NCBI GenBank assembly: GCA_963727895.1
Contig: CAVSHT010000009.1
Span: 32,001-96,000 of the forward strand
DNA: 64,000 nt
Reading direction: 5' to 3'
Origin: an uncultured Methanosarcinaceae archaeon
GTDB lineage: Archaea > Halobacteriota > Methanosarcinia > Methanosarcinales > Methanosarcinaceae
The notes beneath the pieces are model-generated. The model was not told where the DNA came from, searched no databases, and saw nothing but the letters and a program-made list of their open reading frames with translations. Below are positions 10,125 to 20,788 of this stretch, piece by piece. The position numbers were made by a program, and so were the translations under genes. How positions within the stretch are numbered: the first letter of the stretch is position 1; each line of letters begins with the position of its first letter.

Positions 10125-11798
10125 TCATAGGTCAGTTCCTGCATAGGAAAGGTTAAGACTCTTGTTTATCAGGGGAAAATCAGGAACAATATTCCCGAGC
10201 ACTGCATGTTCTATAGCCTGCCAATTACAGAAAGATGCGGTCCGCACTTTATAGCGGTCGATTACCCCGCATCTGATATAGACCCAGTGAAGGTTCTGAC
10301 CCCGTGCAGCTTCAACCATTGAAATGGCATACCCATTGGGAATATTTGAAATTGCAAATCCGGTTGTCTCGGCAACGATCCCACCGGCGGGGATTGATGA
10401 TATAAGCTTCTGGATCAGAGAAGCTGAATTAAGAACCTCTGCAGCTTTAACTTCAAAGCGAGAAAGGACATCCCCTGCGGTTTTGATCGATATTTCCGGA
10501 GGTTCTTCTTTATATATGCCGTAGGGATGATCAAGTCGGACATCATAAGAAGCCCCAGATGCCCGAGCAATGGGACCTGTTAGGTTAAGTGGAGAAATCA
10601 GATTCTTTTTCAAAACGCCGGTCGTTGAAAACCTGTCAATAAGAGACGAAGAAACACGGACAGCCTTAATCGCGGATTCAAATTGCGGTACAAACGTTTT
10701 CAAATAAAGGGCGAGTTTTGAAAGGACTTCGCCTGAAATCTCTTTTTTTACCCCTCCTAAATCTATAGCTCCTCTCATAAATCGGGAGCCTGTGAGAAGC
10801 TCATTTTGCCTGAAAATGTTTTCACGGAGGATGAGGAAAGGTGTTGTCATTCTTGGAAATCCTATATCAGTAATCATACCCGAGAGATCGCCCACATGCG
10901 AATAGATGCGTTCCAGCTCAAGGAAAATGCCTCTTAAATAGCTAGCCCTGGCTGGAACTTCGATTCCCGCAATTTTTTCTACAGCCATGCAAAAGGCAAC
11001 TGCATTGGCAACGGTTTCATCCCCACTTATGGCTTCAGCAATCGGGACACAGGCAGGTGGTCTTTTTCCTTCAGCAAGTTTTTCGATTCCCCGGTGTTTG
11101 TAAAAGAGCCGGATTTCAAGATTGAAAATGGGCTCTCCAATAACGCTGAACCTGAAATGGCCAGGCTCAATAATTCCTGCATGGACAGGCCCTACAGGGA
11201 TCTGGTAAACGCCTTCGCCTTCCACCTGTTTGAAAAGATATGCTTCTTCCGGGTTTTCGACAGCCTGGATTTTCCCATTTTTAAAGGATTTCAGAAGAGG
11301 GTGAAAGTCTTCAGGATATGCCTCATGTAAAAAGAGCCTCCTTTTGTCAAAAGCATCCGTAAATTCTATCCCAAATCCGTCCCGGATTTCCCTCTCGTAC
11401 CAGCAGGCAGACGGGAACACCGCGGCAATAGATGTCGTTTCTGTCCTCACATGCCGCATAAATGCGAACACGTCAGTAAAACCGGTCAGCCTGAATATAT
11501 AAAAAAGGGTAAAATCAGGGTTTTCCTCAAAATCTTGGACACAGAACATGCTTATCAGCACAAAACCCTTATAGAGAAGTGCAGACATGATTTTTAAAAA
11601 CTTTTCTTCTCTCAGGTGAATGTAGAATTCATTGTTTTTTCCCCTCATGATTTGTGGCTCTTTGCCTGAAATGTCAATTATTAAATCCGTAGCGTACCGG
11701 GTTGCCAGAACCGCAGGATTCACTGGAATCTGGCAATTTTTCCTTAATTTCGGACCTTCTGGAATCAGGTAACTTGTTGTGTTTTTGTTTGAATTCAT
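10125..11798 (-). CDS. Ehr/hydrogenase-4-like large subunit (NuoC+D/HyfG family) without NiFe-binding motifs
   Basis: WYERE, VGPVHAGIIEPGHFRF, HRGIEK; ends PLINKSLNLSYAGTDL with no CxxC. Confidence 0.9.
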   Translation of the reverse strand: MNSNKNTTSYLIPEGPKLRKNCQIPVNPAVLATRYATDLIIDISGKEPQIMRGKNNEFYIHLREEKFLKIMSALLYKGFVLISMFCVQDFEENPDFTLFYIFRLTGFTDVFAFMRHVRTETTSIAAVFPSACWYEREIRDGFGIEFTDAFDKRRLFLHEAYPEDFHPLLKSFKNGKIQAVENPEEAYLFKQVEGEGVYQIPVGPVHAGIIEPGHFRFSVIGEPIFNLEIRLFYKHRGIEKLAEGKRPPACVPIAEAISGDETVANAVAFCMAVEKIAGIEVPARASYLRGIFLELERIYSHVGDLSGMITDIGFPRMTTPFLILRENIFRQNELLTGSRFMRGAIDLGGVKKEISGEVLSKLALYLKTFVPQFESAIKAVRVSSSLIDRFSTTGVLKKNLISPLNLTGPIARASGASYDVRLDHPYGIYKEEPPEISIKTAGDVLSRFEVKAAEVLNSASLIQKLISSIPAGGIVAETTGFAISNIPNGYAISMVEAARGQNLHWVYIRCGVIDRYKVRTASFCNWQAIEHAVLGNIVPDFPLINKSLNLSYAGTDL

Positions 11799-11814
11799 CT
11801 TTTTTGCCTCCTAT

Positions 11815-13295
11815 TTACAGGTATCCAAGTTCATGCACGATTTCGTTCAACAGGTTTTCCAGAGATTCCGGAAAGAAAACTCCAAGCGCCAGAATAATGA
11901 AAATGATGGATAGGATCATGGGAATTTCATACCGTCCCTGACTACATACGGAAGGACTGGAATTTTCGACCTTTCGGATCCAGCCTTTTTCGAGCTCCGG
12001 GTAAAGGCCTCGATTAAAAATCTTGCAAATGCAACTGATGCAATGACCAGGAGGAGAAGAACTGCAAAGACAAGAGATTTCGAAAATCCTAGAGCTTCTA
12101 GCAGAATGAAGAATTTGGCAGAAAAGATAGGGAAAGGAGGCATGCCTATGATTGCAAGGCTCCCAATTACGAATCCCCAGCCTGCAATGGGTTGGAGCGA
12201 AAAAACGTCTCTTATGTCCTCTATCAGGTTGCTTTCGTATTGCCTGTGTAGAATGCCTGCTGAAAAGAAGAGTGAGGCTTTGGTCAGCGAGTGGGCAAGG
12301 ACATAAAAAAGCGTCCAGAAAAGAGCAAGAGGCGTTCCAACCCCTATTCCTAGGAGGATTATGCCCATATGTTCCACACTCGAAAAAGCAATCAGCACCT
12401 TTAGGTTTTTCTGCAAAAACATATTCAGAACCGCAACTGCTACCGTAAGCAGCCCAAAACCTAGAAGGAAATGAGATATTATAGCTTCGGCCTGGGTCTG
12501 CCTGACAATCGCATACATCCGCAGAATTCCATATATGCCAATATTTAGCAGGACTCCGGATAAGATGGCACTTACTGCTGAAGGGGCTTTCGAGTGGGCA
12601 TCCGGAAGCCAGGTATGAAAAGGGAAAATCCCGGATTTTGCTGCAAATCCTATAAAGAGAAATACAAAACTTGCAGTCAGCGTTTTGGGAGGGAGAAAGG
12701 CTGCGTTTTTAACAAATACAGTCCAGTTCAGGGTTCCGCGGCCCAGTACTTCCCCGGAGAGTGTATATAGAAAGATCAAACCTATAAACGAAAAAAGCAT
12801 AGCTCCCGAGGCTATAAAGATGTATTTGATGGCAGCATCAATGTTTTCTTTGGCAGACAGGATTGCCACAAGTGCGGCTGAAAAAACAGTTGTCAGTTCG
12901 GCAAAGATCCAGAATAGAGCAAGGTTGTCGGAAAAGAAAGCAAAGGTCACTGTCGTAAGCAGAAGGCTGAAAACCGTGTAAAAGATTTTCAGGTTATTCC
13001 TGTGCAGTTCCTGGGACTGCATCAGGCTTTCTACATAACCGTTTGCGTAGACCGAAGCCAGGAAGAACAATAAAGCTGAAATCAGAACTTCATAAATGCT
13101 GAGATGATCCACATAGAAATATTTGCTTCCTGTCTCAAAAGCCGGGACTGTGGTTGTGAGCAGCGCATAAAGTCCGATTGCGAGAAATGCAAGGGTATGT
13201 AGAATAAAGAAGGCATTCATTGCCCTGTGAGACTTTGAAAACAGGATAAAGGCAAGAGCTATAGCTCCTACTACTAGATAAATGAGTATAATCAT
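11815..13295 (-). CDS. hyfF: HyfF-like antiporter membrane subunit; C-terminal frameshift
   Basis: FAAKSGIFPFHTWLPDAH and AFSSVEHMG. Adding one base at 11925-11927 extends the frame through a final TM helix (IPMILSIIFIILALGVFFP) to TAA at 11815. Confidence 0.85.
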
Positions 13296-13993
13296 CGATT
13301 TTCTTCCCCTGACCAGATTTTGAGTGTATGAAGACGCTGGTGATATTCCTCACGTGTGGAATCGAGACCTATTGCCAGAATAGTTGTCAACAGTACAAGA
13401 ATCATCAGGTCTATTACGATTAGGATTTCTATAATAAAGGGGAGATCCGCAACAAAGATTCCAAAGAGGAGCACCCCATTTTCCATTGTCAGGTATCCTA
13501 TAACTTTTGTAATCACTTTTTTCCTGCTGAATATCACAAGCATACCCATAAGAGTAAGGGATAAGCCTATAACAGCCCCCATGAAAAACAACTTGCCCAG
13601 GATAAACTCATTGAAAAAGCCTGACAGAAAGACATAAGAAAGCAAGATAAGGCCCATGCTAACAAGAAGGGATGCTGTCGGCTCCAGGTAATTAAACTTC
13701 AGATCCCGACTGATCTTGATTTTTTCCCCAATCAGGTTTATAAAAATTGGGATTAACAATACCTTGCTCACAAGTGTCAGGACTGCTATTGCAAGCAATG
13801 TTTGGCTGCCCTCTATCAGGTAGAGGAACGAAGATATCAGGACCAGCAGCAGGGACTGAACAGCGTACACAGTCAGCAGTGAAGCAATATTCCTTGTGGA
13901 AAGAGTAAAGGCTGCAGTGATCAACACAAAGACAAAGAGAATCCTGATCATGTCTTCAAGGAATGCCGGATCTGTCAGGAAAGAAAATATCAT
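13292..13993 (-). CDS. hyfE: HyfE-like membrane subunit
   Basis: Hydrophobic, GYLTMENG motif, operon position. Confidence 0.85.
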   Translation of the reverse strand: MIFSFLTDPAFLEDMIRILFVFVLITAAFTLSTRNIASLLTVYAVQSLLLVLISSFLYLIEGSQTLLAIAVLTLVSKVLLIPIFINLIGEKIKISRDLKFNYLEPTASLLVSMGLILLSYVFLSGFFNEFILGKLFFMGAVIGLSLTLMGMLVIFSRKKVITKVIGYLTMENGVLLFGIFVADLPFIIEILIVIDLMILVLLTTILAIGLDSTREEYHQRLHTLKIWSGEENR

Positions 13994-14931
13994 GCAAACA
14001 CCTCCATCAGGATGGTAAGTGCGGAAAAGAAAAATGCCATCATATAGAATCCAGGCAGTCTGAAAAGCCGCATTTTTGCAATGGAAGATTCAAAAAGGCC
14101 TATTAACCCTGCAAGTAAGCTGGCTTTTATAAGGAAATAGAGGCATGAGACCACAACGCCTACGAAGGTAATCTCAGTTGCAAGCCCCAAGGGAACCAGA
14201 ATGTTGATCAGAACTGCCATTAGGATTGTCTGTTTAACGGCATGAGCAAGCTCTATTAAAGCCAGGTTTTTCCCGGACTGCTCCAGAATCATTGCTTCGT
14301 TGATCATGGTAAGTTCGAGATGCGTTGCCGGGTTGTCCACCGGGATCCTTCCGGTCTCCACTATGATGATAATAAAGAGAGAAATGGAGATAAGGGTCAG
14401 GGTCGGGCTTTCCGGGATTGTAGATCCGGCAGTTATTGCAAACATCTCATGAAAATTTACGGTTCTTAATACATATGCAAGCGCAGCAAAGGCTATGATC
14501 ATTGTAGGTTCAATCACAGCCGAGAGGCTCATTAAGCGGGAACTGCCCATGCCCCCGAAAGTGCTGCCCGCATCAAGCCCGCACAGTGCCGTAAAAAAAC
14601 GTTCTATTGCGAGCAGGTAGAGGAAAACTATTATGTTTCCGATTCCTGCAGGAGCGTCAGGGATAAAGACAATCGGGACAAAGAGTGTGGCCAGGAGAAG
14701 GACTGCCAGGTTGAGGTAGGGAGTAATTCTCATAATTTCTGAGGAATTAGGCGAGTACACAACCTCTTTTTGCATAAGCTTGCGCAAATCGAAGTAGCTC
14801 TGCAGGAGTCTTGGGCCTTTTCTTCCCTGGGCATACGCCTTGACCTTTTTGATCAGGCTCATAAAGAACGGTGAGACCAGCAGGATAAAGCCCGTATTTA
14901 GCAGGGCGAATAAGAGGAATGAAGCATTCAT
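13990..14931 (-). CDS. hyfC: HyfC/NuoH-like membrane subunit
   Basis: QGRKGP..LQSYFDL.KL; ETGRIPVDNPATHLELTM. Confidence 0.88.
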   Translation of the reverse strand: MNASFLLFALLNTGFILLVSPFFMSLIKKVKAYAQGRKGPRLLQSYFDLRKLMQKEVVYSPNSSEIMRITPYLNLAVLLLATLFVPIVFIPDAPAGIGNIIVFLYLLAIERFFTALCGLDAGSTFGGMGSSRLMSLSAVIEPTMIIAFAALAYVLRTVNFHEMFAITAGSTIPESPTLTLISISLFIIIIVETGRIPVDNPATHLELTMINEAMILEQSGKNLALIELAHAVKQTILMAVLINILVPLGLATEITFVGVVVSCLYFLIKASLLAGLIGLFESSIAKMRLFRLPGFYMMAFFFSALTILMEVFA

Positions 14932-16865
14932 GCGAAATACCTCGTAAATGTCATCAGTGTAAGTACCGCGATGAAAACGTAGAGTACATAGGTATCCAGT
15001 TTCCCATTCTGCATTCTGGAAACCTGGGAAGAAACCAGGCTGACTGCATCGGCTGCAGGAAGGTAAAGACGCTCTTCAAAGAATTTAATCAGGTGAATCC
15101 TGGCAGTCCCGTTCTTAAAAATACTTTCCTTCGTATCTGAATACGTCCTGGTACTGGAAATCTCAGTCCTGTAAATCTTTTTGAAAATAACTACAAGAGG
15201 CTCCGAAAAACCTGCGGAGCTGTATTCCATTGTGGGATGCTGGGCCAGGATTCCGCAGCCCCAGGTTTCTTTGCTTATCCTCGGGCTTTTCGCAGGGCCG
15301 GAATTCCGAACGGCAAGCCATACAAGCCCGCAGGCGGCTGCAAGAATCAGCCCGAGAAACAGCATGTCCGGAATCCCGAGGTCAAAGCCGAGCAGATCCA
15401 GAATTCTGGATGAAAACAGCCCTGAAAGGATGCAGAGAGCCGCAGGCACAGCTTCTCCGATCAGCATGGGGTCCGGGACTTCGGTGGCTTCCTTTGCATA
15501 TTTCGTCCTCGGAAGGGCAAGGAAGGTAATTCCGAAAAGCTTTACAAAAAGAGCTGCTGCAAGCGCACTGGTAAGTGCAAATATTGAGAGTGTAATAATT
15601 AGAAGCACCTTAAGAAGAGGGTTCGGAATAGCTGAAGAGTAGAAATAAGCCTGAAAAAGCATCATCTCACTTACAAAGCCGCTTGTTGGAGGAAGGCCGG
15701 CAATTGAGACCGAACCTATTAAAAAAAGAGTGGTAGTACGGGGCATACGTTTTACAAGGCCTCCTAAGGCTTCGATGTTCCGTGTGCCAGTGACATGAAC
15801 CACCGAGCCTGCGCAGAGAAAGAGTAAACTTTTGAAAAGGGCATGGTTGAAAGCATGAAAACAGGTCCCTACAATGCTTAACAGGGCAAGGGCCTGAAGT
15901 CCTTCCAGTTTAAATATTAGGAACAGGCCAATCCCTAAGAAAATGATACCGATATTTTCAATGCTGCTGTAAGCGAGCAGCCTTTTTATGTCGCTTTCCT
16001 TGAGGGCGTAGATTACCCCTAATACAGCTGAGAGACTCCCTGCTATAAGGATTAGCATACCCCACCAGAGTTCGGGGGCGGAAACCGAGAGTAAAAACCG
16101 CAGGAAACCGTAGATTGCAACTTTCAGCATGACACCTGACATTAGAGCCGAAATGCTTGAGGGAGCTGCAGGATGGGCATAGGGCAGCCATTTGTGAAAG
16201 GGAACAAGACCTGCTTTGACCCCGAAACCTGTAAAAAGGCAGAGGAAAGGCAAAGTAAGGGTGCTTGTCGGGCAATCCAGCTGTCCAAATTCTGCAGAGC
16301 CAGTCAGTTTGAACAAACTTAAAAAACCCATGAAAAGAAAAGCTGTACTCAGACTTGTCATTATAAAGTAGAAGAGCCCTGCTTTTTTGTTTTCTTCCGA
16401 GGTATAATCGTGGAGTACAAGCATTAAGGAAGAGAGGGACATTATTTCCCAGAAAACCAGGAAACCTACCATATTTCCTGCAAGTACCACCATCAGCATG
16501 GAAAAAATAAAGAGATTTGTAAGGGCTGCCTAAAGATTTTTTCTGGCTTCACTTTTAGCATGTTCCACATATTCAACGGAATATATTGAAACACCTGACA
16601 CAACGGCTGCAATCAGCAGAATAAAACCTGCTGAGAGTTTGTCTGTGACCAGAGTGAAGTCCAGCCCGGGAAGAAATCGGAAGGCTGGAAAAACAGGCTC
16701 TTTTCCTGTGTAAAGAACTGTGCCCGCAAAAGCCAGAAGCAGGATTGAAGAAATAAAAGATAGGCCGAAGGAAACTTTTCTTGCGCTTTTACTGCGGTAC
16801 AGAAGAGGAAGGACGGTTCCGAATATTAAAGCTATAATAGCGCCGTAAATAAAGGCTTCAAGCAA
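14928..16865 (-). CDS. hyfB: HyfB-like antiporter subunit with an in-frame TAG at 16530-16532
   Basis: The two track ORFs share one frame: EARKNL*AALTNLFIFSMLMVV. Motifs KAGLVPFHKWLP.AHP and AYSSIENIG. Confidence 0.88.
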
Positions 16866-17314
16866 ACTGATTCACTCCTTAGGCAGGCTTAACCGAGCAT
16901 TCAGCCTTGTCAGCCCATATTCAATTAACGCGAGATTTTTGAAACTGTCTTTTCTATTGGAAATTATGAAAATAATTTCGTAATTCGTATTTACATTCCA
17001 CCGTAAAATTACATTTAAAGAATTATTATTTCCTTAAAACTTTTCTCTTAATATTTCCTAACATTACACATGTTTACATTATAAATTTTTTGTAAACAGT
17101 GATACTTTTTATATTTGACACTTGATCTTAAAAAATAGAAAGTATAGAGAGTCTCAAAATTTAATAAAAAAATTTCCTGCTTTGAGAAAAAATCTTCATT
17201 TTTAGTACAATATCAGATTATATATATTAAAAGCGTTATAGAACTTTTAAGTGGAATGCTCTAAGAATAGTACCATCAGAGAGGAGAATTCTCTATAAAG
17301 TCCGATTATTCCTG

Positions 17315-17345
17315 CAAGTCTTTTTAAAAAAGCTTGAGCGAAAAC
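17315..17345. repeat. Short palindromic intergenic element
   Basis: caagtctttttaaaaaagcttgagcgaaaac; degenerate copy (aaaaaaggttagcgaaaac) near 29402-29420. Resembles a dispersed Methanosarcina motif, from recall only. Confidence 0.4.
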
Positions 17346-17385
17346 GGCTTTATAAAAGATTCTAAAAACAATGTTTCCCGCTTTT

Positions 17386-18057
17386 TTATTCTTTCAAAAC
17401 TCGATATATAAGATGTACATATTTCTTTTCCACAATCTCATTTCTTAAAAGTTCAAGCCTGATACCACCCTTTTCCAGAGTCCTGAAGAGATTTGTTCCA
17501 TTTTTTCCTACAATTTCAGGAGTGAGAATAAGGCTTATTTCTTCAACAAGTCCATGTTCAAGTAATATGCTGTTCAGAACTCCGCCGCTGTCCGAAACTA
17601 TAAGTTCAAAACCATACTTTTCATTTGCGATTTCCATTGCCTGTCTAATATTTACACGGTCTGCACCGGTCTGGATGAAATCATAATTTCTTTCTTTGAG
17701 GTAATTGATATAAGCTTCAGGGGTCTTTTCCGATACAAGAACTATTACATCCTTGCCAAATTCGGAACGCCTGAATACATGCATTAACCCTTCAAGAATT
17801 CCCTTTGAGTCCGCAATCAGCCAGTATGCCCTGGGATCGCCAGGCTGGATTTCAGGCTTCACGAAGTCCGATTCCTCTTCAGGAGGAATTTTTTCGCAGA
17901 AAAACTGGGTTCCGGTTTTTGCAGTATTCGAGCCTACTATAATGGCATCTGACTGATAACTGCTAAGAATCTTATAATGAACCTCAATATTTGCGTCGAA
18001 TCCTGTAGTGGAACCATCGATACTTATACTGTTGTGAATAACTAATTTCGGTATCAT
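17386..18057 (-). CDS. RibD C-terminal / dihydrofolate reductase-like protein
   Basis: SISIDG, VGSNT, GGVLN, LVEEISL motifs. Confidence 0.85.
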   Translation of the reverse strand: MIPKLVIHNSISIDGSTTGFDANIEVHYKILSSYQSDAIIVGSNTAKTGTQFFCEKIPPEEESDFVKPEIQPGDPRAYWLIADSKGILEGLMHVFRRSEFGKDVIVLVSEKTPEAYINYLKERNYDFIQTGADRVNIRQAMEIANEKYGFELIVSDSGGVLNSILLEHGLVEEISLILTPEIVGKNGTNLFRTLEKGGIRLELLRNEIVEKKYVHLIYRVLKE

Positions 18058-18216
18058 ACTATCCCCTGAATGTTCCTTATTTATCTTATTGAACTCCCAC
18101 TAACCCTTATAGTGAAAAACTATCACTTATATTAAATGTCAAATCAGCTTTTAATTTATTTGGAGTTTTTATAATAGATCGAAGAAGTTATCTGTGTTAG
18201 AACGTATTTAATTTTA

Positions 18217-19128
18217 ATGCATATCGTCGAGTTTGAAAGCGTATCAAAGTATTTCTCTGAAAAAAATATTCTTCGTGAGATTTCGTTTTCAGTGAAACAG
18301 GGCGAGATCTTTGGGCTTCTAGGACCAAACGGAGCAGGGAAAACAACGCTTATAAGGCTCCTTCTGGATATTATCAGGCCAGATTATGGGAAAATAAGTG
18401 TTTTTGGGGATTTCCTGAGCCCTGCTGCGAAAAACAGGATAGGATACCTTCCTGAAGAAAGGGGATTATATAAGAAAACAAGACTTTTGGATATGTTGAT
18501 CTATCTTGCACAGCTTAAAGGCATACCAGAAAAAAAAGCTCATTTAAATGCTGAATCGCTTCTCAAATCTCTGGAATTAGATCAATATACAAATAAAAAA
18601 GTTGAAGAGCTTTCCAAAGGAATGCAGCAAAAAATCCAGTTCCTTTCCGCAATTATCCATGAACCCGAACTTTTAATTCTTGACGAACCATTTTCTGGAC
18701 TTGACCCTGTAAATACGAAGGTCGTTATGGACAGAATACTGAAACTTAGAGCCTCAGGAAAAACAATAATCCTTTCGACACACATGATGGAGCAAGCCCA
18801 AACACTTTGTGATAAGATCCTTATGCTCAACAAAGGAAGAAGAGTACTTTATGGCCCTATGGATGATATCAGGAGAGAGCATGGAAAAAACTCTCTGATT
18901 GTGGAATTTGCAGAAAAAGGAGATTTGAACGCAATTCAGGAAATTTATGGCATAAAGAAAGTAATAGAACATGGAAAATCGGTTGAAATTTTTCCTGATG
19001 ACAGAATAAGTACCCAAATCCTTCTTGAAGAGCTTGTAAAGAAAACAAATCTCATACGTTTTGAAAAAACGTTTCCTTCTCTGAATGAAATCTTTATTGA
19101 AACCCTAGAGAGTGCTTCCAATGAGTAA
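18217..19128 (+). CDS. ABC exporter ATP-binding subunit (NatA/YhaQ-like)
   Basis: GPNGAGKT, LSKGM, ILDEPFSGLDP. Confidence 0.92.
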   Translation: MHIVEFESVSKYFSEKNILREISFSVKQGEIFGLLGPNGAGKTTLIRLLLDIIRPDYGKISVFGDFLSPAAKNRIGYLPEERGLYKKTRLLDMLIYLAQLKGIPEKKAHLNAESLLKSLELDQYTNKKVEELSKGMQQKIQFLSAIIHEPELLILDEPFSGLDPVNTKVVMDRILKLRASGKTIILSTHMMEQAQTLCDKILMLNKGRRVLYGPMDDIRREHGKNSLIVEFAEKGDLNAIQEIYGIKKVIEHGKSVEIFPDDRISTQILLEELVKKTNLIRFEKTFPSLNEIFIETLESASNE

Positions 19129-20374
19129 TTTTCCCGGAAAAACCTTTATTATCGCAAAGCATGAGTTCCTGAAAACAATAAAACGTAAAGAATTTATTTT
19201 TATGACCTTTTTCTTCCCCCTCTTATTTGCAGGAATTACTCTTCTTCCGACAATACTTACAGGCATGAGCCATGCTGAAGACCAAAGAATAGGTTATATT
19301 GATATGACCGGCTCCTTCGAATTTCCAGCATCAATCCAAAGTAAAGGTGTTTCTCTAGAACCCTCAGAGGCAAAAACCTCAGTTGTAGAATTTGTAATGT
19401 ACAGGGACATTTCCGACGCAAGGCAAGCCTTACATGAAAGTCAGATTTCTTCTTATCTCGTTATTCCTGAAGATTTTCTTAAAACCGGAACAATAGAACT
19501 GTATAGTCTTAAAAAAGAAGCGTCTATGTCAAATTTAGAATTATCAGATGAACTCTCGAATATTGTTATTACTTCCCTCCTTAAGGGCAAAGTGGATGAG
19601 CCAACTCTTAAAAGGGTTCAAGATCCAGTTAACATAAAGTATTATAATATAGGAGAAAACGGAGAGTCTTCCGAGAAGGGTATTACTGAGATTTTTGCCA
19701 GCTTTGGTCTTCCAATTCTTACAGCTTTTCTCCTCCTCTTCAGTATATTTTCATCTTCTGGCTTTCTGCTTCGCGGCGTTGCCGAGGAAAAGGAAAACAG
19801 GATAATAGAAATCCTGCTGTCTTCTGTAACTCCTTCCGAAATCCTTACAGGCAAGATCCTGGGACTTGGCGCAGTCGGCCTTCTGCAAATTGGAATCTGG
19901 CTTGCAGCAGTAGTGTTTGGGAGTGACTATGCTCTTCCTGTAAAAATTGAACCTAATACTCTCTTCTTAACTCTTATTTATTTCGTGCTTGGCTTTCTCT
20001 TTTTTGCTAGCATGATGGCAGGAATAGGGGCAGTTACTGGCTCCCTTCAGGAAAGCCAGCAAGTTGCAGGAATTTTCACGTTTTCAGCCGCATTACCTCT
20101 CATATTCATGCAGCTTATCCTTACAAATCCAGACAGCCCATTTTCAGTTTTCCTTTCCCTCTTTCCTCTTACTTCACCTGTAGCCATGCTTACCCGGATT
20201 GGAGTGACAACTGTGCCTATTTTTCAGATTGTTACCAGCATATTTATTCTGCTGATTTCAGTCTATTTTGTGATCTTACTTTCCAGCCGGCTTTTCAGGA
20301 CTTATCTGCTCATGTATGGGAAAAGACCGAAAGTGAGGGAAATCTGGAAGAATATCTGGACAGAATCCAGATAG
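19121..20374 (+). CDS. ABC-2 type permease (NatB/YhaP-like)
   Basis: EEKENRIIEILLSS...GKILG; overlaps the ATPase stop; ends in TAG. Confidence 0.9.
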   Translation: MSNFPGKTFIIAKHEFLKTIKRKEFIFMTFFFPLLFAGITLLPTILTGMSHAEDQRIGYIDMTGSFEFPASIQSKGVSLEPSEAKTSVVEFVMYRDISDARQALHESQISSYLVIPEDFLKTGTIELYSLKKEASMSNLELSDELSNIVITSLLKGKVDEPTLKRVQDPVNIKYYNIGENGESSEKGITEIFASFGLPILTAFLLLFSIFSSSGFLLRGVAEEKENRIIEILLSSVTPSEILTGKILGLGAVGLLQIGIWLAAVVFGSDYALPVKIEPNTLFLTLIYFVLGFLFFASMMAGIGAVTGSLQESQQVAGIFTFSAALPLIFMQLILTNPDSPFSVFLSLFPLTSPVAMLTRIGVTTVPIFQIVTSIFILLISVYFVILLSSRLFRTYLLMYGKRPKVREIWKNIWTESR

Positions 20375-20598
20375 ATGAACAAAGGAGCCTATTGCCACAG
20401 ATAATAACTGGTCAAATAAACTAGAGTTTTATCGATTGGATTTTATAATATTGCGTACATAGTCTAAATTGGTTCATAAGGGAGTAGCTGTAAAATGGAG
20501 GGAAATGCAGGGCAGCCTCAAAACTGATCCAGTAAGAAACTCCATTAAATAGAATAAACCTTGTGAACCACCTAACTGCTTTTTAATGTAGCTTTTAT

Positions 20599-20659
20599 TT
20601 AGCGTTGGACTTAATTTTAGTTAGCGTTGGACTTAATTTTAGTTAGCGTTGAACTTAAT
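20599..20659. repeat. 22-bp tandem repeat, about 2.8 copies
   Basis: ttagcgttggacttaattttag twice plus a partial copy, between convergent genes. Confidence 0.9.
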
Positions 20660-20788
20660 CTACGAATAGCTCTTTCTAATAGCAAAATTATCAGCACTGT
20701 ATAGCTTTCTTAGAGTAGATTTTTTTACAAAGGCAGAAATATTAAGCGAGTGCAAAAATTGCGCGAGAGCAAAGAATAACTCAAAAGC

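Noticed and set aside
10125..11798. Functional [NiFe] hydrogenase or formate hydrogenlyase
   Set aside because: Both nickel-binding CxxC motifs are absent.
20372..20374. Pyl readthrough of the permease TAG stop
   Set aside because: The protein looks complete and readthrough would add only about ten residues before a TAA.
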